From NCBI RefSeq assembly GCF_032062105.1, contig NW_026924061.1, positions 62,001 through 126,000 of the forward strand: a DNA stretch of 64,000 bases, read 5' to 3'. The position numbers were made by a program, and so were the translations under genes. Shown here piece after piece: positions 53,283 through 64,000 of this stretch. This DNA comes from Saccostrea cucullata (taxonomy: Eukaryota). Position 1 is the stretch's first letter, and each line of letters begins with the position of its first letter. The notes beneath the pieces were generated by a model that saw nothing but the letters and a program-made list of their open reading frames with translations, searched no databases and was not told the origin of the DNA.

Positions 53283-54077
53283 TCATTTTTTGCAGACACA
53301 GCTACTGTCGGTACATTTACAACTTTCAGGTCCCGTGCAGCCCTTTCCACAACCACAGGTTCCTGCAAATTTCACAAAACAGTTTTATGTAATTGATGAA
53401 TAAGTCCTAATTAACTTTTAAAAGATAATAAAGAATATAAAAGGGAAATAAATTATGAATAAATGAAGTCAAAATATATGTAAGTAATCAGTAAAAAAAA
53501 AAAAGACCTCCAAAAGTAAAACCTTTGAGTTTTAAAATTTTGAAAGTGTAATGATAAATATCATTAAGAAAAAGTCTTGTTTTCAAATGTTCTTTTAAAA
53601 GGTTGAGATGAATTTTTTTTGTTTTGTGCCGTTAAAAAAAAATTGGGCACAGCGTGCCTCCTCATACAAGTACATTGAACTTGAGTCTGATGTAGATACA
53701 ATGTTTTTGTTTTTGTTTTTGTTGTTTTTTTTTTAATGAATATAAGGTATTTTAAATGACAAATTTTCTTTCTGACATTTAAATGCATATCTTTGGGCAA
53801 ACGACTTACCGCTGCAATTGCATTTGACTTGACATCCGGGACATTTACAGCTGGGGCCACATTTACAGGTGGGTCCGCATTTACAACCACTTGAGGGACA
53901 GGAATCTGCGCACAGACATTTCCCGGCTAGAAACGGAGAAAATGAGCATACTATAATTATATGTAAATCGACGTATGAAGAGCGACAACTCGAAACTTTC
54001 AAATGGCCAAATCATTGGTATTTGGTACAAGGAAATTCATATAACTTACTTTCTGAGCAGTTGCAGGGGTCAGACAT
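53283..54077 (-). CDS. MT: Metallothionein MT-h (subtype A), 74 aa
   Basis: Exons 54077-54050, 53926-53810, 53362-53283; [74 protein letters not shown]. Confidence 0.95.
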
Positions 54078-54338
54078 TTTTTTTCTTTTTTATAATGTGT
54101 TGTCTGAAAAGGAGAAAATGATGTTTTAAGCAAGTATCATACTGTAACATCGATCATGGAATAATTATTAATTTTTTTCATGTTTTAATTTACATTCAAC
54201 ATCGTTAAAATGATAAACCCTTTACATGGTAAATTAGTAAAATATATCTTACCTATTGTATATTCCTTTGTTGAAAGGAGTACTTATAAGGATCACGCCC
54301 GTTGAATAAAGAATATAAATTAAATACGTATATGTATA

Positions 54339-54409
54339 TGCACACGTTATTCAAATATTCAGTTTCGTGTGCAAATAATCAATAGGTTGTATACACAGTA
54401 TCGTGTGCA
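54339..54409 (-). promoter_or_regulatory. MREs of MT-h
   Basis: TGCACAC at 54367 and 54403, opposite strand at 54339. Confidence 0.85.
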
Positions 54410-55710
54410 AAATGTATAGAGTCTATACAAAGTTGATAAGGAATGTGTATCTATAGACAGTATAATTAATTTAGCATAAAACTTATAAAAATTCATAGCT
54501 TACATCTAAGTTATCAGTGCAATTAGAACAGAAAAAAATGGACTTAAAATACATATATACAAGTGTATCATAAACATTTATCTAAGTATAAAATCAGCTG
54601 AAATTGTTTCATTATTAATTTTATTGTTATAATTTTGTCAAATCACTTTTCATGTGATCATCTCTACGTTTTTGGCAGAGGTCCATATAAATGCACTTTA
54701 CGCAAATAGTCTGTTGGACTTTAATTAGTCGATTTAAAATACTTGTGTACTTGTCACGAGATAAATAAAAAATATACATGTATACAGAATGTACAAAATG
54801 TGTTTGAAAACTCTCTCTCTCTCTCCAACTATAAGTGCGCGGATCCGTGGGAGTGGGGTAGGGATTGGGGTGGAGTGGCGGGGGGAGGGCGGGGGTGTCG
54901 GAACTCCCACCCGCTGGAAGGAGGTAGTTTATTTGTCTTGGAGGAGGAGTTGGCGTGGATCCTCACACGTAATGATTGTAAAATAAGCAGAATTCTATAT
55001 TTGTAAATTAAGAAGACCATGACTTGGTACATGTAGGTTAATTACGAAACTTTTATTCGGTCACATACATTTCACTACCTATCCTTTTTTGGTCTGTAAA
55101 ACTACCTTGGTTGGGATGAAGGGTATGCATATTTTGCCAGCTTTTTATCAATTCAAAACAAATCTATCCTTCGTAACGCGGATCGCTTTGAAATATTTCC
55201 TACATGTATCATTCTAAAACTTTATCATCCCTGCGTCATAATGACTGAGATTAGTATAATACCGACAACGGAAATTCTTATCACTGCATTTAACTGCATT
55301 TTACATGATCATTTTCAGTTGTGACAAATTATTTAAGCTTTATCGACTGTTATATTATGTTATACATTCACCGCACGGACGTAATTTTGTTGTTTTATGC
55401 AGGTTCTTGTATAGAACACAAACCATAATCCACAGCTGACTCTCACGTTCAGAAAAGTTATGTGTAGATGCATGATTACAGTGTACAAGATCAATGGCCT
55501 TGTCACGATTTGCATTTCGCTCTTTTAAAGATTTCTTTTTTTCTAAATTTTAAAATTATTTGTGCATACAAAAATGTTTTGAGAGTATTACTTTTATCTA
55601 TTTGTTATCGTGGTGTTCTGCAGGTTTCATGCATTTTGCTCGGCCCAGTAAATCAAAATTAATATTAAAGTTATTTTGTGTCTAAATATATACACAGTAT
55701 ATATCCAAAG

Positions 55711-55957
55711 CAAAGGCGGATCCAGGGCCGACGCGCCGGGCGTGCCCCCCCCCCCCCCCGTTTGAAGTTTTTGTATGTAAAACTTAATTTATATGTCCAT
55801 TATTTTAAAATCAAGGAAAAGACATCCTTTATATGTAAGAACGTGTCAGCCCCGGACCCCCAAAAAGGACCTTGCCTTAGACCCACTGGGGCTAAGCCAC
55901 CAGAACCCCCATGCCTTCTACTGCGCCCCCGTTACGAAATTCCTGGATCCGCCACTG
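55711..55957. mobile_element. MITE (same end family as 11030-11277)
   Basis: Ends caaaggcggatccagg / cctggatccgccactg; flanks atatc(c)aaag duplicated; absent at the paralogous site ~44410. Confidence 0.75.
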
Positions 55958-57796
55958 ATATCAAAGGAATTTGATGTATTGACAATGAAATTCAAACAAA
56001 CAGAAGTGCGGAAAAAGGGGGCTTAGGCTGTTGGTTAAATATTACCGAATTCTGACTCAACCTCAAGGGCATATTTCATTTTCAATTTGTCCTTCAAAAG
56101 ATTACGATGAATGCGTTTAGTTTACAAATAAATTTTATATTGAAATAATTAAATATAGTTTCACTCAAAATTAGACACGAAACTCATAATGTTGACCCTG
56201 ATTACCAAACACAGACTTCCTGTGTAATGCTACGTATACACAGATTTTTGACATCTTGGGTATTGGGGGTCTCCAGGTAAATAACACCACTGTTACTTCG
56301 ACCACTCCCCCTCCTCAGGTCACCGTACGGTAAAAAAAAAATTGTCTTTTTTTTAATCCTTGGAAAAAATTGTGATGGCAGCAAGGATAATATAATTAAA
56401 TATATTCTTATATTTAAGATGCGTGAATGACAAATCGATAATAACACAAACTACAGTTAATTTCAGTGCCGTATATACATGTATTATTTCATAGAATTTC
56501 ACATCTTAGATCTGAAAGAATTTTCGATTGATGTTTGAATTTCATCAAAAAATGAATGCATTTTGCATATGGAATATAATTGAATCAACATGTAAAACTT
56601 TTAACACACTACGCTGTTATTGAAATGATAATATATAAAACCAAGGGCGCACTGATTGAGATTGCATTTATTTACAATTAATTCAATTTCAAATGAAATA
56701 TTTAGATAAATCTAAATTATCATAAGCGAAAACTTAAACACTTCATTTTCAGTATAATAGCATATCCAAAATTCATCTAACTTTTTGTATGTACCTTGTC
56801 CCCTTTTCACTACTGGGAGATTGATATTTCAGAAAAATAATTTAAGCCTGGATTATAAAATCAATTAATTTTAGGTGATCAGGCTTCAAGACCAAAAACT
56901 GAGAACACAATAAGTCTGTAGTTTGGGATTTTGCATGTTTTTCTTTTTTTTTAATTTGTGCTTAAAAATACATGTACGTTATGATTGGATCCTTGTTACA
57001 CTCGCTGATATTCGCCCGAATTTCTATCCCAAGTATAATTCAAAAGTAAATGAGAGGCTGCTGTGTAAATTTCAGACGTTAATTAATTATGTAATGTTGA
57101 GAATATACCACGCCTTACTGAAAGTCCAAGGATAACAGAGAATTGTAATATTACACTGATGCTCATTCTCTCGAAGGTAATACAAGGTTGATCAATTTAA
57201 TGCAGTCACTTCTGCAAAACAGTAAACAGTTTCAGTGTCTTTCAATGCAAACTAGACATAATTTAAAGTAATTTTAATGTTGTTTACATCTTCATACATC
57301 AATCGCATCATCTAGGATATTTAAGGTCGAAAAAACAACCTCGTATGAATTACGTAAACGCCATGACCCCCCCCCCCCCCTTTTCACAAACTTTAAAATA
57401 AATGTTGGAAGACCTCATTTCTGTGAAATATGGAGTTAAACTTGATCAAAAATACACAACAGAAGGAACTTTTAACTCCGTCTATTCTATACATGTAGTT
57501 AAATAAACAGAAAATTTAAATATTTTAAAACATTCGGTGTTGTCAATTTACATATGCATTGGAGGTTGTTTTTCCGCTGGTCGGAAAGGTCCGAGAAGCT
57601 GCAATTGCTGCATATATACGTGTTTCTAGCTCCAGACTGTACATAGTCAAAACCTGCAGTTTCATTGCAATGAAATTAAATACAATTACCTCTGTTTACT
57701 TGGAAACGAAAAGACAGATGTAACAAGAAAAACAGTTTAATGTGTTCTTTGTTTGTGAAACTTAACAAATTCTCGGATCACCGTTGTACTGTTTAG

Positions 57797-58310
57797 TCAC
57801 TTTTTGCAGCAACAGTCATTTGCGCATTTGCAAGATTCAGGTGCGGTGCAGCCTTGTCCACAGGCGCAATTACCCGCTAAAAAAGATAAAGCATTTTTAT
57901 TATTTTCTTGTTTCTTTTACTAATCCTGCATTATAAATGTTACTTTACAAGTTAAATCCTTAGCTTATTTTATATATACAAAAATTGGAAATTCGTATGC
58001 TTTTAACTCATTTTTAACCATATGTCATATATTTAAAATTAAACAGTCAATCAAATCATTCCATTCAAACTTACCGGTGCAGCTGCATTTCACTTGACAT
58101 CCGGTGCACTTGCACCCGGGTCCACACTTACATCCGGATCCACATTTACATCCGCTACGTGGACAGGTTTCCCCGCACTCACATTTTCCAGCTGTAAATA
58201 GTCAAAGATCGATAACTCTAATAATTTTCATGATACAGATAGAAACTGCGTTGTTTAATAAAATGCGCAAATCATTACTTACTTTCTAAGCAATTGCAGG
58301 GATCAGACAT
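57797..58310 (-). CDS. MT: Metallothionein MT-i (subtype C), 74 aa, 22 Cys with C-terminal CCC
   Basis: Exons 58310-58283, 58191-58075, 57876-57797; [74 protein letters not shown]; non-coding exon donor 58529. Confidence 0.93.
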
Positions 58311-58636
58311 TTTTGTGGTTACCTGTTGAAAGGAAATTAAATTTTCATTAACATGCATTCTATCTCTACAAAATGTTGTAAAAGGTAGCTAGATTTGTGT
58401 AATTTAAAATTGGCGTTCAATTAAATTAATTATGCTAATTTTTTTCTAGAATATATTCTAGTTGCACATCAATATTTTAAATAACAATTATCAGAGTTAT
58501 CAAATCCTTAGATTAAAAAGAGGACATACCTTACTGCGTCAAAGCTAAACTGTTCACACCACGCGTGTTTGGCGCCAAATAAATGAGGTTCCACGAATTA
58601 ACAGGATATGGGCCGGTAAAAAAAAAAGGCGGTGCC

Positions 58637-58646
58637 GTGTGCACAC
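58637..58646. promoter_or_regulatory. Palindromic double MRE of MT-i
   Basis: GTGTGCACAC contains TGCACAC on both strands. Confidence 0.75.
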
Positions 58647-60165
58647 TACATACGTAGTCTGTTCCGGGGAGTCAAAACATAAAATTACGTATTTTGAGTT
58701 AAACCAAGCAATGTAAATTTAAATAAGTTACAGTTTCATATGTTTTATACACTATAGGGCTAAGTGACGCAGCAAGCCTAATGCAGAGAATTTGTTTCCC
58801 CAGCTTAGGGAAAAAAGAAAAGTATGCACAGTTCGGGGGGGGGGGGGTGTCGGACCCCCCCCCCCCTCCGTGGACTTGTAATGAAATTTAATACCGTAAC
58901 TCCCTAGGGCCTCTCTCATCCCCTCAAAGTGTCCCGCCCTGTTTTTAAAATTATTATTTATTGTATTAAAAGTCGCTTGGCACTGTTTTTAGCACAGGGG
59001 CATGTGGAGAGGTATTTGATTTAAACATACATTGTATTTTATTGAACACAATCAATGGGATTGGACACAAGTTATACCAACTTTAGTTAAGTTAGAGATT
59101 TAGTAAGTATCATTTAGGTTGTCGGTGGACTTTATATTCTTATTACATAGAATTGTTTAGTAAAGGCTAAATTAGACACCATGTATTGTGTAAAATTTCG
59201 ACAATATCGAAAATGAATGTAAACATTATATGTGACATAAGGTTTGCATTAACTATGATAGTATTCTGAAATGAAAAAAAAAGTTATTACGTCTCATTGT
59301 ACAAACCCATAACAGTGTGATAAGTATTCAACATAAAAACAAATATTCTATACACATAATAAAGAATAAGCAATTAAGGGTACTTACCACAAACAAAAAA
59401 TGGATGTGCGGGTTGATATATATTTTTTGACTGATTTTGATTTGTAATGACATAAATAATAAATCCCTGAAATATAAAGAAATCGTAGGTTTTCCTTGGT
59501 GCTTAGATTTGAGATTTAATTTTGCCTTCTATATAATTCGATACAAAATTTTGCACAATTTTTTAACTTGATGACAAAATCTTATAAAATTCTCTCACTC
59601 TACTTGGTAAACATTATTCAGGTTGTCAATTTAAATGTAAATTTATGAGAAATAATGCTGATTTCTGAAAAAAGTTTGTTTGTGTTATTTATCCTTAAAT
59701 CTTTATATCCATACTGGTATTTTTATTTGCTTTAATATACATATTTCTACAAATTCAGGGGGGGGGGGGTAATCTTCAGTACATAATTTAATATTTCTGC
59801 AAATCCGGGGAAGGGAGGGAGGGCGGACTCAACCCGCAATCTGAGCGTCCTTCTTTCTTTCTTTTTTTTTTCCTTCAGCGGGGCACAGATATTTCCGGAA
59901 TAAGCTTGTGTTTTGAACCATTAAAATTGTGAAGATGGGTAGATTTTTAATGTAGATAATTTACTTCTAAACTGAAATAATTTTGATCCGCAAATTTTAT
60001 AGTCAGCAACAGTGTAGAGGGCGCTTGATTCGATACTAACTGAAAAATTGATTTGAAACACGGATAACAGAGGCGAGGTTGTCGTAATTTGGCATCTTTG
60101 GGCCTGTATACCACAGGTGTTTGTGGACAGGACCCTACTTTTAGGATGCACTCCACTTCTATGAT

Positions 60166-60530
60166 TTAAGGAATCACTGTCTAGTTCATATAGTATGCCA
60201 GGGTATCAACGATAGTGGGAAACATGGGATAATTTGCATAAATTATCCCATGTTTCCCACTATCGTTGATGTCCCTGGCATACTATACGAACTAGACAGT
60301 GATTCCTTATACATGTATTTCCATTTCATTGTGAAATGAAATTGTAGATTTAGATTTTTCTTTTACAATTTTATTTCACAATGAAATGGAAATACAAGGA
60401 ATCACTGTCTTACTTAGTATAGTATGCCAGGGACATCAACGACAGCGGGAAACATGGGATAAATTATCCCATGTTTCCCACTATCGCTGATGCCCTGGCA
60501 TACTACACTAACTAGACAGTGATTCCTTAA
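60166..60530. mobile_element. TTAA-ended triple-hairpin foldback element
   Basis: Hairpins at 60167-60309 and 60396-60529 share sequence; a third hairpin lies at 60315-60395; ends ttaaggaatcactgtc / gacagtgattccttaa. Confidence 0.75.
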
Positions 60531-62045
60531 ATTACTATAATCTTAATATAATTTTCTTTATTTTTTTATCTCTTACTACCATCCTTCATCTACACATTCC
60601 TGCTCATTAAAAAATCACCTTTAAATCCGACACATCACCTTTCTATATACCAGGATATAATATTTATAGGAGTATTGGATGTTAGAATTTGCATCTGCCT
60701 CAGATTTCAAGGCAAAGTAAGCAAAATATAATTTTTAAAACCTTATTCATGAGTTTTTATTTCATCGAGGTAATGAAAAAATAAAGCCTTAACAACTGCA
60801 TGGAAAATCCTCAATGTGTACATTCTAACTTCACCACAAATAATAATAATTTTGACAAACTGTATTTGAAGTGTGAACAGATTATCATATTCATGTATGT
60901 TTTTGTTGATTTCTTATTTTACTGAAAGTCAATTCTGGATTTGAGATTTTGTTTTTAGAATTTAATATTATATGCTTGTATATTACCACGTGGTATCGAA
61001 AACTTATGTAACACGAGAAATTATAAACACATATACTTGACAAATGTATACTTTAAAGAAAATGAGTAACCCATTACACATATTATCATTTTATTATTAA
61101 ACTGTCGACAACCGAGTGAAAAACCACAAAGTGCTTGTCATTTTTAGCATGATTACAAAACTATACAATGTTATTGTCAATTTTTTGTTATATACTAGCA
61201 CTGTACCTATAAATTTGGTTCATATATATATAATCTTTACTAAAATGACAGGTATTTTTAAAGTTAAATTAAAGCGGTCATGAAAAGTAAACGTTTTACC
61301 ACTGAGTGGGATACTAGAGACTTTTTTCCACGTTGTATCATACTGATATTATAATTTAGCGGACGAGTTGTCAAATACATGTATTCATACACACACTATT
61401 TCTGTTGGCCACACAAAGTCTTACCCCCTGCTCACCAACAGTTATTTCGCTAAAATGTCAATTAAATTTCTACAAGTTACCAATTTTTGTTTCCCTTATA
61501 CATGTACAGCGTATACAATAATTTCTCTGCTAAAAGTGTCCACTCAAACCTTTAGAAAATTCCTCTATGTGTATGTTCAGTGGCAGAACAAACTCTTCCC
61601 AGGATTCTTGCTCTTTGGTTTTGATGTTTGTTTGATAAATGAAATTAATTTAGTTTTCGTGAAGTCTCAGTCATATATGGTGTAAATTTTGAATATATAC
61701 CAGATGGCAGTAAATTCAAAATTTAAAACACCGCATCTCCATAACTTAGTTGACATAAAACTGAAGCACAGAAAAGGTTTTAAGAAATTTATTCAAGAAA
61801 ATCATATCGAACACGTTCAACTTGACAAAAAGGAGGTATATTGTTTGATAGATCACAGAATTAATAACAATATTAATATTGACTTTTATACTAATATTTT
61901 TTTTTAGAAAATATACACACAAAAACCAATGTCGCGATCATCCGTTGAATTGGCACCCATAGGTTATTTTTATTATTTTTTTTTTTAACTTTTTTTTTTG
62001 CAGAAAAAAGTCTTGACCTTCCTACTTCTTAACTCCCCCATGACG

Positions 62046-63137
62046 TCACTTTTTGCAGCTACTGCAGTCGGCTTTTTCACATTTGCCAGTCTCAGTGTTC
62101 TGACAACAATCCTTTGTACCTAAAAGATTTACATTGTAACTTTTAATTGCATCTTATTTTAGTATTTGCCTTTTCTACAGAACATACATTTACAATCAAA
62201 CCTTTTGATGCTTCGATTTTGAGGTTTTCGAGGATATAGGAGATACCGAGCTCCAATATAATATATTATGTGAAAATGTGATTGAAATAAACTGCCAAAC
62301 CACTTCGAACTATCACTGGTTTCGAGACACAGATATGTGATTTAATACTACTATGTAAAATGCATATAAACAAAATGTGAATTTGTATAATGAACAAGTT
62401 TCGTACTTTTTTATGTACATGCAGAAGTTGAATATTCCAAGAATATGGGACCTTTTTTTTCAACGATCAATAAAAATTCTCAAAGTGAACTTTTTTTCAT
62501 TTGAATTGTTTTCAATAGAAGTTGAAACAAATAAACCCCCGTGTGACTCCGTATTAGGATTCTTACCAGCACAGCAGGCTTTGGTGGGACGCTTACAGTT
62601 GCCACATTTACAGATTCCGCCCGGTTCTGTACAATTACAACCAGGCCCGCACCTACAGGATCCACCCGCAGGTTTCTCTTCTAAAATTAAACAAGAGAGT
62701 TTTTTGGTAAGCATTGTTATAGTACATGAACAGAGAAATAGACATTGAACTTTTATGATAAATGGTACATGTTCTTGCAACTCAAATTAGAAAATGGAAT
62801 ATGTACTTTAGATGAGGGTAATCGTTATTTGTTTGATGAATTTTGGTCTTCGTTGCTTTTAAAATTATTTCCTCTTTTAATTGACATGTTAACCAATGAA
62901 TAGCGTCTCCATCCAAGTTAATATTTTTGGAGATTTTAAACTTAAAAAGGGTAGGTAAGGTTTGGTATATTTTTCGAAATGATGTGTACTAAGAGAGATA
63001 ACTCTAAAATATATATAATTTACAAAAAGAGTTACCCGAACATAAGAAATAATATTGCTATTTTGGATTTAATTTCATGGGTTATAAATAGATGGACACT
63101 TACTTTCACAGCATTTGATCTCTCCTTGGTCAGACAT
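62046..63137 (-). CDS. Divergent metallothionein-like protein MT-j, 73 aa, 16 Cys with CC doublets
   Basis: Exons 63137-63104, 62680-62567, 62119-62046, all GT-AG and phase 1 like the neighbours; MSDQGEIKCCEKEKPAGGSCRCGPGCNCTEPGGICKCGNCKRPTKACCAGTKDCCQNTETGKCEKADCSSCKK; acceptor 2 nt before ATG and non-coding exon donor at 63285. Confidence 0.85.
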
Positions 63138-63350
63138 TTCTACAAAAGACTATCTAGAATTAGAAGAAAAAAAATATTTTACGTTTTCTAAATAAAAATG
63201 ACGCTATTTCATAAAATAATAAAAACATTCTAAAAACTCAACTGAAATTTAATTCTAAAATCTAAATATTATTTTATGTTTTACCTCTATCGATATCTCT
63301 TACGAATCTGCACAGTCCCCTTGTTTACCGCCGAGATGAAACTTGTTTAC

Positions 63351-63406
63351 TTATAATATACAGGGAAAGTTACTTTTTTTTTCTTAAATTTTTTTATCCG
63401 TGTGCA
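63351..63406 (-). promoter_or_regulatory. TATA-like box and single MRE of MT-j
   Basis: TATTATAA ~63351-63358; TGCACAC at 63400-63406. Confidence 0.7.
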
Positions 63407-64000
63407 AATGAATAGAATGTTGTATTTGGTGAAATTGCGGCGTAGAAATATTAAGCATCTACTTGTACAGTACTTTGTGAATAGTAAATTAACAAATGGT
63501 TAATTGTTTTTTTTAATATCGGATCACTCGCTAAAGTTCAAACTCATACTAGTAAATAAATACTTTGTCCCTTTAATTTTTCTTGTACAATAATTAATGT
63601 AGAGATTGAATCGAGGTCTAATTTAATTATCAATTTATGGAAGTGAATCTAGAAGTAACACAGAGGAACCCTGCTGAATATTAGGGGGAAAAGCCTATTC
63701 ATACATATGCAGATAAGATACTGGTATTTGATTTACAAAAAAATGTGACTGACTTAATTGGCGGTGTTTCAAATTCAGGGGCGGATCAATAATCTCATTG
63801 TATGTTACAGGGTATGGTTTTATATACTGGACGACATACCGGTATAATAACGCCTTCTTTAGTTCTTTAGGTACGTTCGTGTATACTGTGAAATACTGAA
63901 CATAAGGATACCAAAAATCAAAACATTTCCTCGGAAAAGACCATATCGGTCGTGAGATACATTATTACTTGTTTACTTCCGTTACGCACATACTTACACC

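Larger units (their letters stand above)
38450..59090. repeat. ~11-kb segmental duplication (~38450-46390 and ~49370-59090)
   Basis: MT-e/MT-g and MT-f/MT-h are pairwise closest, and ~3 kb of upstream spacer (43000-46230 vs 54200-57417) is alignable by eye. Confidence 0.8.

Noticed and set aside
11322-58289. His/Pro/Leu-rich plus-strand ORFs (HLQL.PHLHP) that look like metal-binding peptides
   Set aside because: They are antisense translations of MT exon 2 (TGT AAA TGT gives CATTTACA).

Overview
AT-rich eukaryotic DNA with spliceosomal GT-AG introns and one assembly gap, most consistent with an ostreid oyster (the MT proteins resemble oyster MT-I; species not determinable here). From about 10.5 to 63.4 kb the window is a tandem metallothionein (MT) cluster, all on the minus strand. 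Manual splicing gives 9 intact canonical MT genes (74-75 aa, 21-22 Cys, three coding exons with phase-1 introns plus a non-coding first exon) in three sequence subtypes (labelled here A, B, C). It also gives one strongly divergent 73-aa, 16-Cys MT-like gene at 62.0-63.1 kb, one full pseudogene, four promoter+last-exon relic units lacking coding exons 1-2, and one exon-2 fragment. Most promoters carry paired metal response elements (TGCACAC) about 35 bp apart, and a 10-bp motif GAYAACTCKA lies in the first coding-region intron of all 11 gene or pseudogene loci. The cluster was built by nested segmental duplications (about 5.2-5.9 kb and about 11 kb) followed by microhomology deletions. The left end holds a frameshifted gene of unknown function in a near-identical 2038-bp tandem duplication, one copy interrupted by a Helentron-type element. 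MITEs, Helentron-type elements, a LINE remnant and several satellites fill the spacers. Most of the supplied ORF track is spurious. Gene labels MT-a to MT-j are mine.
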